Assembly: GCA_963806005.1 (NCBI GenBank)
Contig: CAWDWJ010000008.1
Location: 276,531-340,530, forward strand
Length of the DNA stretch: 64,000 nucleotides
Origin: Vulcanimicrobiota bacterium
GTDB taxonomy: Bacteria > Vulcanimicrobiota > Vulcanimicrobiia > Eremiobacterales > Eremiobacteraceae
Reading direction: 5' to 3'
How positions within the stretch are numbered: the first letter of the stretch is position 1; each line of letters starts with the position of its first letter. A program made the translations under genes and the position numbers. Below, one piece after another: positions 44,225 to 54,640 of this stretch. Below the pieces are notes generated by a model. It was not told the DNA's origin, did no database searches, and saw only the letters and a program-made list of their open reading frames with translations.

Positions 44225-47005
44225 ATGCCACGTGCCAGCGGAGCCAAGCCCAAACCGAAGAAAACCGTGCCGTTGCCAAGCGGCACGGTCAGCTTTCTGT
44301 TCACCGATATCGAAGGCAGCACGCGACGCTGGGAGTCCCACCGCGACCAGATGCAGCACGCCGTCGCCCGGCACGACAAGCTGCTGCGAGCGGCAAGCGC
44401 AAAGCACGGCGGCGTGGTGTTCAAGACCGTCGGCGACGCGTTCTGCGTGGCGTTTCGGCGGCCGGAGGACGCGCTCGGCGCCGCGCTCGACGCGCAGCGG
44501 GCTCTCGGGGAAGAAGATTTCACAGGCGTCGACGGCTTGCGCGCTCGCATGGCGATCCACACCGGAACGGCGGACGAACGCGACGGCGACTACTTCGGCC
44601 CGACGGTGAATCGCGTCGCGCGGCTCCTCGCTGTCGGCCACGGCGGACAGGTGCTCGTCTCAGGGACGTCGGCGGATCTGCTGCAGGGATCGATGCCGGC
44701 GCGCACGAGCCTGCGCGATCTCGGCGAGCATCTGCTGCGCGATCTCACCCGCCCCGAGCAGGTCTATCAACTCGTCTCTCCCGGACTGCCCGAGATATTT
44801 CCCGCGCTACGCTCGCTCGGCGCGCTGCCCAACAATCTGCCGCGCCAAGCGACGAGTTTCATCGGACGCGACGAGGAGCTTGCCGAGATCAAGACGCTCG
44901 TCGCCAAGTCGCAGCTCGTGACGCTTGTAGGGACGGGCGGCGTCGGCAAGACTCGTGCGGCCTTGCAAGTGGGCGCGGATCTGCTCGACGGCTCGGGTGA
45001 CGGCGTGTGGTTCGTCGACCTCGCGCAGGTCGCCGGCACGTCGTACGTCATTCCAGAGATCGCACGCGTCTTCAGCATCCAGCCGCAGGCGGACCACGAC
45101 TTTCTCGATGACTTGCGCTTCTATCTAAAGGGCAAGCATCTGCTCCTCATCATCGATAACTGCGAGCACGTGGTCGCTGAAGCCTCGCGGGTGATCTCCG
45201 AGCTGATCAAGACGTGCCCTCGCGTCTACGTGCTCGCTACCAGCCGTGAAGGCCTCAACGTGCACGGCGAACATGTCTACCGCATGCCGTCACTGTCCGT
45301 GCCCTCGCCCCTTGAAAAGCCGGACGCGGAGGCGGCATTACGCTATGGCGCCGTCGCGCTCTTCGTCGCGCGCGCCTCTGCGCTGGATTCCCAGTTCTCG
45401 TTCACCGATGAGAAAGTACCGATCGTGGCTGACATCTGCCGCCGGCTCGACGGCATCGCGCTCGCGATCGAGCTTGCGGCCGCGCGAGTGACGATCCTCA
45501 GCCTCAAGCAACTGTCGCAGCGGCTTGACGAGCGTTTCCGCCTGCTCACAGGCGGCGATCGCACGGCGCTCCCGCGGCAACAGACGATGCGCGCCGCCAT
45601 CGATTGGAGCTACGAGCTACTCTCGGAAACCGAACAGACGGTCTTCCGCCGGCTCTCCATCTTCCAGGGCGGGTGGACACTTGAGGCAGCCTCCACGGTC
45701 TGTTCGGACGATTCACTCGATGAGTTCGCGATCTTCGACACCATGTCGCTCTTGGTGAACAAATCCTTGGTGGTAGTGGAGTTCAGCGCTGAGACCCAGC
45801 GCTATCGCCTGCTCGAGTCCTTGCGGCAATACGGCCTGGAGCGGCTGAATCAGCGCACCGAAGTCGACGTCATCGGCCGCCGCCACGCACAGTACTTCGC
45901 GGAGTTCGGCCGGCGGATCGGTGAGAAGTGGCAGACGATGCCGGATGTCGTCTGGCTGGCCGCCATCGACGAGGAGATCGACAACATCCGCGCGGCGCTC
46001 AGCTGGAGCCTGGAAAAGGGAAACGATCCCACGCTCGGCGCCAGGCTCGCCGAACAGTTATGGGTGTTCTGGTTTGGCCGCAGCCCTCACGAGGGCAAGC
46101 GCTGGATGGAAGCAGCCCGGGCCGCGGTGGATGCCGAGCCCGATCCTGTCTTGAGTCTCGACATCGATCTAGCCCTGACGCGCTTGCGTGTCGGACGTTC
46201 GCGGGAAGAGACGCTCGCGCTGTGCGAGCGAGCACTCACTGAGGCACGAGCACTCGGGGATGAGCGCAGGCTCGCCCGAGCGGTCTTCTACTGGGGCGAG
46301 GTGCTGGTCTTCGAAAATCGATGCGGCGAGGCGGAGGTGGCCTTGACCGAAGCGCTCGAGCACTCGCGAAATGTCGGCGATCAATACCGCGCGACGTCCG
46401 CTCTGCAGATACTCGGCAAGGCATATGTGCGGCTCGGACGTGTCGATGAGGCGCGCAAGGCCTTCAACGAGGCCATGCGGTACTACGGGGTACATTCGGC
46501 CGAACGGAATCACGCGCTGGCGCTCATCGATAATGCGAACTTGGAAAGGGTGAGCGGCGACCCGGAACGCGCCATCGCCTTGACGCTCGAGGCGCGGAAG
46601 ATCGCGCAGATCCTGCGCGATCGCAATCTCGAGATCATCGCGGAAGCCGCTTCTGGTTGGCACTCGTTGCTCACTGGGCAGTTCGACACCGCGCGGGCGG
46701 CGGCCCACAGATATCTGACGATCAGCATCGAGGAGCGTTTCGAATATGGGGTCGCGACCGCCGTTCAGTCGCTTGGCGGCATCGCCGTTCACGATGAGGA
46801 CTTCGAGCGAGCTGCCCTGCTGCTCGGGTACTCTGAAGCAAACGTACAGAAATTCTTCGCAAGAAACCCGTGGGTCGACTTCGACGTGGAGTCGTTTCTG
46901 GGGCCCTTGCGCGAGCGGCTCGGCGAGGAGGCGCTCGCTGCGCTTATGGCCGAGGGGGCCGCTTGGCCTCAAGAGCGGGCCGTCGAAGAGGCCTTCAAGG
47001 TCTGA
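44225..47005 (+). CDS. class III adenylate/guanylate cyclase - STAND (NB-ARC-like) - TPR protein, intact, outside the array
   Basis: MPRASGAKPKPKKTVPLPSGTVSFLFTDIEGSTRRWE; FKTVGDAFCVAF; Walker A GTGGVGKTR; Walker B LLLIIDNCEH; canonical tail AAWPQERAVEEAFKV-stop. No att-like repeat on either flank. Confidence 0.9.
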   Translation: MPRASGAKPKPKKTVPLPSGTVSFLFTDIEGSTRRWESHRDQMQHAVARHDKLLRAASAKHGGVVFKTVGDAFCVAFRRPEDALGAALDAQRALGEEDFTGVDGLRARMAIHTGTADERDGDYFGPTVNRVARLLAVGHGGQVLVSGTSADLLQGSMPARTSLRDLGEHLLRDLTRPEQVYQLVSPGLPEIFPALRSLGALPNNLPRQATSFIGRDEELAEIKTLVAKSQLVTLVGTGGVGKTRAALQVGADLLDGSGDGVWFVDLAQVAGTSYVIPEIARVFSIQPQADHDFLDDLRFYLKGKHLLLIIDNCEHVVAEASRVISELIKTCPRVYVLATSREGLNVHGEHVYRMPSLSVPSPLEKPDAEAALRYGAVALFVARASALDSQFSFTDEKVPIVADICRRLDGIALAIELAAARVTILSLKQLSQRLDERFRLLTGGDRTALPRQQTMRAAIDWSYELLSETEQTVFRRLSIFQGGWTLEAASTVCSDDSLDEFAIFDTMSLLVNKSLVVVEFSAETQRYRLLESLRQYGLERLNQRTEVDVIGRRHAQYFAEFGRRIGEKWQTMPDVVWLAAIDEEIDNIRAALSWSLEKGNDPTLGARLAEQLWVFWFGRSPHEGKRWMEAARAAVDAEPDPVLSLDIDLALTRLRVGRSREETLALCERALTEARALGDERRLARAVFYWGEVLVFENRCGEAEVALTEALEHSRNVGDQYRATSALQILGKAYVRLGRVDEARKAFNEAMRYYGVHSAERNHALALIDNANLERVSGDPERAIALTLEARKIAQILRDRNLEIIAEAASGWHSLLTGQFDTARAAAHRYLTISIEERFEYGVATAVQSLGGIAVHDEDFERAALLLGYSEANVQKFFARNPWVDFDVESFLGPLRERLGEEALAALMAEGAAWPQERAVEEAFKV

Positions 47006-47029
47006 AGATATTCCGCGCGCTGCGGTGAA

Positions 47030-47944
47030 GTGAACACCATGCAGACTCAAGCGCCCTCTATCTCTGAGATCTTCGGGCCCGCCGGGTGGCGAGACGGCCG
47101 GCGCGACGTCGCCCTCCACCTTGCGGACCAGATGCTGACCCACCACTGGCACGTCGATCAGCTGTCGTGGAGCACGCTGCCGCCGCTGCCTATCCCCAGC
47201 GACCGCAGCGACACGCGCAAGCTCGTGCGCTTCTACAAATCGGTGGTCGCCGTGCAGACGAGAGCGGAGGAGATCGCCGTCTCCATCGCGCGGCGCCTGC
47301 TCGTGTATGCCAACGAGGAGCGGCTCGAGGTTTCGTTCCGACGAGCGCTTGGCGCACTGCTCAACGACGAGGCGTCGCACGTCGCCACCATGCTCAAGCT
47401 CGAGATGCTCGCCGATGTGACGTATCCCGGCGTGTCGGCTCGACCGGATGAGAGCCCGTTGTTCGAAGCGCTCATGCCCGCCATCGAGACGCTCGAACCG
47501 GCCGTGCTCGCCGTCTTCATGGCCTCCTATGAGGCCTCGGTCGCGATCCGTTCCTACCAGGAGCAGCAGACCTACCGGATGCCCTCCATACTCTCGGAGA
47601 TGGGCGCACATGCCGCTGAGGACGACGGCCGACATGCGAAGACTTTGCGCGTCGTCGCCCACGAGTTCTTGCAGCTCTTCCGCTCGCGCTATGGCGACGA
47701 CGAGCGGGGCACGTCGCCGGAGTGGCGCGCGCGCATACTGGAACCGTTCAGCCGTTTTTGGACATTGATGCCCGCCCATGAGTTCTACCTCGCAGGCAGC
47801 GATCGCCGTCAGCTCCGCCACGTGCGCGAGCTCGTGGCGCACGATATCGCGATCATGACGAGGATCCTCGACTTCCTGGGCGTGTCGGCCGAGGCGCAGG
47901 ATTATGGCCAGGTCAAGGCCATCGCGGATCTCTTGCCGGCGTAG
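47030..47944 (+). CDS. ferritin-like (putative di-iron carboxylate) protein
   Basis: Helical protein with two E-x-x-H-type motifs (NDEASH, AEDDGRH). 24 nt downstream of the cyclase-STAND gene on the same strand. Confidence 0.5.
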   Translation: MNTMQTQAPSISEIFGPAGWRDGRRDVALHLADQMLTHHWHVDQLSWSTLPPLPIPSDRSDTRKLVRFYKSVVAVQTRAEEIAVSIARRLLVYANEERLEVSFRRALGALLNDEASHVATMLKLEMLADVTYPGVSARPDESPLFEALMPAIETLEPAVLAVFMASYEASVAIRSYQEQQTYRMPSILSEMGAHAAEDDGRHAKTLRVVAHEFLQLFRSRYGDDERGTSPEWRARILEPFSRFWTLMPAHEFYLAGSDRRQLRHVRELVAHDIAIMTRILDFLGVSAEAQDYGQVKAIADLLPA

Positions 47945-47956
47945 CGGGCGCGCCGC

Positions 47957-49956
47957 TTAATCGTCTCGTATGCTTTGCGCGAGGTGGCCGCTCCAGCGGT
48001 AGAGGCCGAAGATGACCAGCGCGAACGAAATCCCGCCCAGCCACACCGCCGTGGGGCCGAAGGCATCGCCGACGACGGCGAACGGATTGGCGTTGCTGCT
48101 GGCGACGATGACGCCGGCGAGCAGGACGCCGAAGAGGCTTTCGCCGACGATGGAACCCGACGCGACGAGCACGCCCATGCGCCGGGCCACGTCCGGGTTG
48201 GGCCGTTTCGCGGCTCCAGCGATTGTAGATCCAGCCGACGACGGCGCCGAGCACCGCCGCCGAGGTCGTCGCCGCCGGCAGATAGATGCCCAGACCCACG
48301 GCGAGCGGCGGGAGCTGGAAGCGCGTCCGGGCACGAAGCACCTCATCGACCGCGATGACGCCCAGGCCGATCAACGCACCGGTGCCGATCAAATCCCAGC
48401 GGATCTGTCCTTCGATCACTCCCTTGGCTAGCGCCGAGATGAGCGTCGCTTGCGGCGCCGGCAGCGCGCAGTGCGGGCCGCCGCTGAAGCCGTATGCTTT
48501 GTTGAGCAGATCGAGGATCGGCGGGATCACGATCGAGCCAAAGATCACGCCGGCGATGAGCGACACCTGCTGCCGCCACGGCGTCGCGTCGACGAGCTGA
48601 CCGGTCTTGAGGTCTTGCAGGTTGTCGTTCGAGATCGTCGCGACGTTGAGCAAGACGGCGGTGATGAAGAGCGCATACGCGACGAGCGCCGGTGCTCCGC
48701 TCACTCCGGCGCTCTTGGCGACGGCGAGCACGAGCAGCGCCGCCCCGATGACGCTGAGGATGCCCAGGCCGGAGACCGGGCTGTTCGACGCACCGATCAA
48801 GCCGGCCATGTATCCGCATGCCGCCGCGACCAAGAACCCGGCGAACACCACGTAGATCACACCGGCGGCGACGAGCGGCACGCCGAGCGACATGACGGGC
48901 GTGCCGTGCAGGAAGATCGTGAACAAGAACGCGAGCGGAACGAAGCACGCCAGGCTGATGAGCGCGACGGTCGTGATGGGCAGATCCCGTTCCGTGCGTG
49001 GCAGAGCGCTGCGATCGCCGTGCAGGGCGGAATGGCGCGATGCAGCGATCGACGACATGATCCCCGTGTAGACCGGTCGCACGAGCCGGCCGAGCGTCCA
49101 GATCGCGGCAGATGCCGATCGTGCCGGCGCCGATGAAGCGGACCTGATGGGCCCAGACGGCGATCGCCACGTCGGCCGGCGCTCCAGCGATCGGATGCAG
49201 CGCGGTGAGCAACGGCGTCACAGACGCCCCAGGCGATCACAAGACCGGCGAGGATCGCAAGACCCGACCGAGAGACCGATCAGGTGGCCGGCGCCGACCA
49301 GCGCGAGCGACAAGCCGACGCCAAACCCGGTCGCCCCGGCCCCGACGCGGAAATAGCGCGGCCACTGTGTCGGTGAAGAGACGCGCGTGCGACGACGGAG
49401 CGCAAAGCCCGCTGACGCGAGCGAGCCGATCGACGAGAGCGAGCAGACCACGCGCGGTTCTGCTCGACCGAGCCGCCGTCTCGCCGCGCGACCCGACGCC
49501 GACCTTCAGCACTTCGGCGGCGGCGACGCCTTCGGGATACGGCAGATCGGATTTCGTGACGAGCGCGCGCCGCAGCGGCACGCTGTACATCACGCCCAGG
49601 ATGCCGCCGATCGCACAAACCGCGAACGACTGCCAGATACGGGAAGCCCGTCCACCAGCCGACCATGACGAGACCGGGCAGCACGAAGATGATCGCCGAC
49701 AGCGTGCCTGCCGCCGAGGCGACCGTCTGCACGATGTTGTTCTCGAAGATCGTCGCGTTCTTGAAGGCTCGAGCACCGCCATCGAAATGACGGCGGCGGG
49801 AATCGATGAGGCGAACGTCAGGCCGACCTTGAGCCCGAGATAGACGTTAGCGGCCGTGAACACGAGCGTGATCGCGGCGCCGAGCAGTATCCCACGCCAG
49901 GTGAGCTCGAGGCGGAAATCATCGGTCGTGTTGGGCGGCCCGGTCGTCGCGGCCAC
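47957..49956 (-). pseudogene. OPT-family oligopeptide transporter, multiply frameshifted
   Basis: N-terminus at 49956 (LTWRGILLGAAITLVFTAANVYLGLKVGLTFASSIPAAVISMAVL). Continuation is found in ORFs 49280-49732, 49237-49956, 47913-49082 and 47957-48346, in different frames. At least four frame changes. Confidence 0.8.
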
Positions 49957-50016
49957 GTGCAGACTCCCCCGGCAAGAACAACCCGACGGTCCGAGTAAGA
50001 CCGTGCGGCAGGTGCG

Positions 50017-51947
50017 TCATTTGCGCGGCCGCCGTGTGATGCCTCCTCGGTCGCACGCCACTGCCCGAGCGGATGCACCCGTCAATAATCGGTCAGCTCC
50101 CCGAAGCGGGAACGCCACGCGCAGCGCGTTCAGCACCGCCATCACGTCAATGACCTCTTGCGTGATAGCCCCGGCGATGGGCGGCAGGTACCCCGCGACG
50201 GCGACGATCATACCGATCATGCTGAGCGCCATCCCACCCATCGCGCTCTGCAGGGCGATGACGCGCATGCGCCGCCCGATGTGGATGAGCTCGTCGACTT
50301 TGCCCAGCACGGGCTCCAGGATGACCGCATCTGCCGCTTCTGAGGTGATCTCGCTCGCCTGACCGAAGGCGAGGCCGACCGTGGCAGCCTGCATGGCCGG
50401 CGCATCGTTGATCCCGTCGCCGACGAAGAGCGTCGGCGCGAGCTTCGTCTGCGCTTCGACGATCACCACTTTCTCTTCGGGCGTCTTACCGGCTTGCACG
50501 TCGGCGATGCCGACACGCTCGCGCGAGATAGCTCACTTCGACCTCGCGATCGCCCGACAGTATCATCACCCGGTTGACGCCATGCCGCGGCGTCAGGTGG
50601 CGGACGAACGTGTGGCTGTCGGCACGCGGCTCGTCGTGGAAGCGAAGCAGCGCGGCGAAGCGGTCGTCGATGAAGACGAGCGATTCGAGCCCGGTCGTGG
50701 CCGGGGCCAGGTCTGCGGGAAGGGTCCGGTCGGCTCTTACCACCGCGTCGCGGCCGGTGATCTCAGACGGTCCGACCGTCGATCGCGCCGCGCAGGCCCT
50801 GACCCGGACTCTCACCGATCTGCGCGACCGCCGCGAGGGTCAGCCCTCGAGCGCGCGCCGCGGCGAGCACCGCTGTGGCCAGCGGATGTTTTGAGTACTG
50901 CTCGAGGCACGCCGCCGCCCGCAAGACCTCGTCGTCGGCGAAGCCCGCAGCACAGGCAACGTCTGTGAGCGTCGGCTGGCCGTACGTCAGCGTGCCGGTC
51001 TTGTCGAAGATCACGGTGCGGCACGTATCGATGCGCTCGAGCATCGCCGGGTTCTTGATGATGACGCCACGGCGAGCTGCAAGCGAGATCGCGCCGATCA
51101 CCGCGACTGGGATTGCAAGCAGCAGCGGGCACGGGGTCGCGATGACCACGACCGCCAAAAAGCGCTCGGCATGCCCGCTCACAAGCCACCCCACCGCAGC
51201 GACCCCGAGCGCGAGAGGCGTATACCACGCGCCGAGCATGTCGCCAAGACGGCGTAGTTGGGGACGCTTGGCTTGCGCCTCTTCCATCACCCGCATGATC
51301 CGTGCATAGCGCGAATCGATGGGCAGCCTGGTCGCTTGGATGGTGAGCGCGGCGTCTCCGTTGATCGCGCCGGAGAGCACCTGCGCGCCACGCACCTTGG
51401 GCATCTTGTAGGGCTCGCCCGAGAGATACGACTCGTCCATCCAGCCGTGGCCTTCCGTCACGACGCCGTCGACCGGCACGAGCTCATGGGGAAGGACGAC
51501 AAGCGTTTCTCCGACCGTGATATCGTCGAGCGAGATGTCGGCGATGCCGGATCCGTGCTTGCGGTGGGCGATGTGCGGCATGCGCCGCGACAACGCTTCG
51601 AGGATCGACGACGCCCGTCGCGTGGCGAACTGCTCGAGCGCTTCGCCCCCGGACAGCATGAGAATGACGATGCAGGCGACGATGTATTCGCCCAAGAGCG
51701 CCGCGGTCGCGATCGACACGCCGGCCAGCAGGTCGGATCCGAACTCGCGCGCGAGCAGCTTGCGAGAGAGGTCGATGAGCAACGGCACGCCGCCAATGAC
51801 GACGACGGCATACAAGGGCAGCATGTACGCCGAGGCCGGTTGCGCCGCGGCGTAGCGCAAGGCGAGATAGAGCAGGATGCCTGCGAGGCTGCAGATCGCG
51901 ATGAACGCCTGGGGCGGCTGCTTCACATGAACAACCCTACGTGCCAC
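50017..51947 (-). pseudogene. P1B-type heavy-metal ATPase (TM4 motif T-P-C-P), two frameshifts
   Basis: 50763-51947 carries TGEPYK-like SGEPYKMPK, ATPCPLL and DKTGTLT. 50486-50815 and 50017-50499 carry the rest ([21 protein letters not shown]) in two other frames. No N-terminal metal-binding domain. Confidence 0.8.
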
Positions 51948-52085
51948 ATCTGGAGAAGAAACGAACGATTCGTGAAGGCTTCGGCAATCGTCGCTCGGCC
52001 GGTCGGCTCGGCCCGGAACCTAGGCCCGTGTTTGAGCGCTCGAAACGGAGTGCCCGCCGATGCCCGTCGTGCGTATGATGGGACT

Positions 52086-52565
52086 ATGAGCACGCCTATC
52101 GCCACGCTTCGCTATTCCATCAGGCCAATCCCGACGAGCCTCGCCACGCGCGTCCGCGAGACGCTGACGGACGATTTCGGTAACGCACTCACCGTCTGGG
52201 AATCCGACTCACCGGCCCCGTGCAGGCATTGCCTGCGTGTGGCAGCTGCGGGAGAGCGGCTCATCGTCTTCGCGTATCGGCCATTCGACGGAGGCGGTCC
52301 GTACGCCGAGGTCGGCCCGGTCTTCATCCACGCGGACGCCTGCGCAGCGTATGGCGACCACCAGCTGTTCCCGCAGGATTTCGTGCAGCGCCTCCTGACC
52401 ATGCGCGGGTATAACGAGCGCGGCACGATCGAGACCGCTGAGCTGTCGCAACCGGGCGATCCCGAAGCGTCGCTCGAGCGGCTTTTCTCCCACGAGCGCG
52501 TGCGCTTCGTCCACGTCAGAAATCCCGCCTGGGGTTGTTTCGACTTCCGCGTCGATCGGGCCTGA
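52086..52565 (+). CDS. DUF1203-family protein
   Basis: 159 aa starting MSTPIATLRYSIRPIP; CRHCL and GPYAEVGPVFIH patterns typical of DUF1203 (from memory). Confidence 0.65.
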   Translation: MSTPIATLRYSIRPIPTSLATRVRETLTDDFGNALTVWESDSPAPCRHCLRVAAAGERLIVFAYRPFDGGGPYAEVGPVFIHADACAAYGDHQLFPQDFVQRLLTMRGYNERGTIETAELSQPGDPEASLERLFSHERVRFVHVRNPAWGCFDFRVDRA

Positions 52566-52592
52566 CGAAGAGCAGAGAGCCGGGGGCTTGAG

Positions 52593-53186
52593 TCAGCTTC
52601 CCAGGATGGCGAGCTCGCGGGCGGCTGTGGCGTTGCCCGGGTCGATTCTGAGCACTTGATGCCAGTACTTGCGCGCCTGTTCCACATCTCCACTATGCAG
52701 GCTTGACCAGGCCGCGAAATCCCAGCTGAACATGTCGTTGGGAGCGTAGCGCGCGCTCTGCAGAAAGGCGTCGCGAGCCTTGAGGTATTGCTTGTCCATG
52801 AAGTACGTGCGGCCTAGATCGAAGGCGAGCGGCGCGTAGGTCGGGCTGTACGAGAGCCCTGTGCTGGCGATATCGATCGCCGCTTGACGGACCGCGCGGT
52901 CGGCGCCGGCCTTCGCATATTCGAGCTCCCACCACGCGTGCCAGCTCTGGGGCACTTTAGGATCGACCCGCGTCGCCTTCTTATAGTAGTACTCCGCATC
53001 GGTCAGGCGGAAGACGCGCTCGAAGTTGACCCCGCGATAGTAGACCGTGAAGGCGATGAGCGGCCGGAAAAGCAGCCAGCCGCCGACGAGCACGACGACG
53101 AGGATGATCCAGCGGTCGTAGGTGCGGACGATGTACGGGCGCTCGTCGGAGGGTGGTGGCGCTGCGCTCACGGGCGCGGCGTTCAC
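52593..53186 (-). CDS. TPR-repeat membrane-anchored protein
   Basis: One TM helix (WIILVVVLVGGWLLF) followed by TPR-like repeats. Start overlaps the ccdA-like stop by 4 nt. Confidence 0.7.
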   Translation of the reverse strand: MNAAPVSAAPPPSDERPYIVRTYDRWIILVVVLVGGWLLFRPLIAFTVYYRGVNFERVFRLTDAEYYYKKATRVDPKVPQSWHAWWELEYAKAGADRAVRQAAIDIASTGLSYSPTYAPLAFDLGRTYFMDKQYLKARDAFLQSARYAPNDMFSWDFAAWSSLHSGDVEQARKYWHQVLRIDPGNATAARELAILGS

Positions 53187-53866
53187 GCGATCACCGTGAA
53201 GAAGAGCGCGAGGAAGACGAGGATGTAGCCCGCCGCCATCTCAGCGGCGATATGCCATTTCTTCACCGCCGGGTGATGCGTGTACCACGGGGCGAGCGAG
53301 CCCACGAACAACACGGGCACGCCGTGGCCCACCCCGAAGGCGAACATGAGCAGGGAACCGAGGGCCAGCTGGCCTTGGAAGGTCGTGACGGCAAGCGCCC
53401 CGATCATGAATGGGGTCGCGTCTGGAGCGATGAGGAACGCGAAGCCGGCACCAAGGAGGTAGGCGCCGATAGCTCCGTGGCCCGCGACGGACATCCATGG
53501 CAGCTCCCAACGGATGTCCACGAGCCGGATCATGGAAAGGCCTATGAGCAGGCACAGCGCAGCCGTGAAATAGTAGAGGAAGCCCGTCATGGTGAGCAGC
53601 GCGCCGAACGACCCCGCGACCGCGCCCAACAGGGAGTAGATGGTGCAGATGCCCGCGACGAAGGAAAGCGAGAGCCCAACTCCCTCCCAGAACGACTTCG
53701 CTTCCTTGCCCGCATAATTGACGATTGCCACCATGCGAGGGACGCTGGACGGGCTCAGGCTCGAGACGACTCCGCCGAAGAGCATGATGGCGAGCGCTAA
53801 CCATAGATGATGGTAGACGACGTCGCGCATGTTCTCGGTGAGTTCCCAGATGTTGCCCCAATCCAT
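53183..53866 (-). CDS. ccdA: cytochrome c biogenesis / thiol-disulfide transporter CcdA (DsbD family)
   Basis: Six hydrophobic helices with family-like layout (SLSPSSVPRMVAIVNYAG ...). Confidence 0.7.
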   Translation of the reverse strand: MDWGNIWELTENMRDVVYHHLWLALAIMLFGGVVSSLSPSSVPRMVAIVNYAGKEAKSFWEGVGLSLSFVAGICTIYSLLGAVAGSFGALLTMTGFLYYFTAALCLLIGLSMIRLVDIRWELPWMSVAGHGAIGAYLLGAGFAFLIAPDATPFMIGALAVTTFQGQLALGSLLMFAFGVGHGVPVLFVGSLAPWYTHHPAVKKWHIAAEMAAGYILVFLALFFTVIA

Positions 53867-53953
53867 ACATTACCCTTATCGGCGGCAGGCGCTGGAGCGT
53901 CCAGGGCCAAGGGGTGCGGGACACAACACATGCCCGATCGGAAGGTACGCGAC

Positions 53954-54187
53954 ATGATCACGCACGCGGACTTGGAGCGGCTCATCCGCCAGGCGATCCC
54001 TGATGCTCGCGTGGAGACGCGCGACAGGACCGGGACCCTCGACCATTACAACATCTCGGTGACGTCGACCGTCTTTTCGGGCAAGCCCTTGCTCGACCAG
54101 CATCGAATGGTCTATGACGCCCTCTCAGAGGCGCTCAAGGATGGACGGCTCCACGCCGTCGAGCTGAAAACGGAAGTGACACGATGA
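53954..54187 (+). CDS. BolA-family protein
   Basis: MITHADLERLIRQAIPDARVE...HRMVYDAL..LHAVELKT. RBS GGAAGG 8-9 nt upstream. An alternative ATG at 53930 is possible. Confidence 0.8.
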   Translation: MITHADLERLIRQAIPDARVETRDRTGTLDHYNISVTSTVFSGKPLLDQHRMVYDALSEALKDGRLHAVELKTEVTR

Positions 54188-54516
54188 CGAGCGATGTGAA
54201 ACAGCAGATCGACGCGGAGATCGCGACGCACAAGATCCTTGTCTATGGCAAGGGCACGAAGCAGGCGCCGCGCTGCGGTTTCACGCTCGAAACCATCGAT
54301 TTCTTCACCCAGATCGGCTTCCCGTTCGAGGTGCTCGACGTGCTGGGCGACGATGCCAAGCGTCAAGCGCTGACCGAGATGACCGACTGGCCGACCCTTC
54401 CCAAGGTCTTCATCAACGGCAAGTTCTACGGCGACACGGACATACTTGGTCCGATGCTCGAGAACGGAGAGCTCGAGCGCGTGATCGCTGACGCCTTTGC
54501 CGACGCGCGCACCTAG
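54184..54516 (+). CDS. monothiol glutaredoxin (Grx4 family)
   Basis: Active site PRCGFT and WPTLPKVFINGKFYGD. 4-nt overlap with bolA, the classic BolA-Grx pair. Confidence 0.9.
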   Translation: MTSDVKQQIDAEIATHKILVYGKGTKQAPRCGFTLETIDFFTQIGFPFEVLDVLGDDAKRQALTEMTDWPTLPKVFINGKFYGDTDILGPMLENGELERVIADAFADART

Positions 54517-54640
54517 GCGCTCCGCGCGAAACGCGATTCGCCGGAACGGGACGCCGGGAACGCCCGCGCAGCGGCGAGGTGGAGGGCGTTTGTCACCCCT
54601 CCGACGAAACCGCATGTCCCGGGCTTGGCAGACTCTTTAG

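Noticed and set aside
43959-44609. Plus- and minus-strand ORFs overlapping the 5' end of the cyclase-STAND gene at 44225.
   Set aside because: They are out of frame with a gene that has strong motif support, and their composition is low-complexity.
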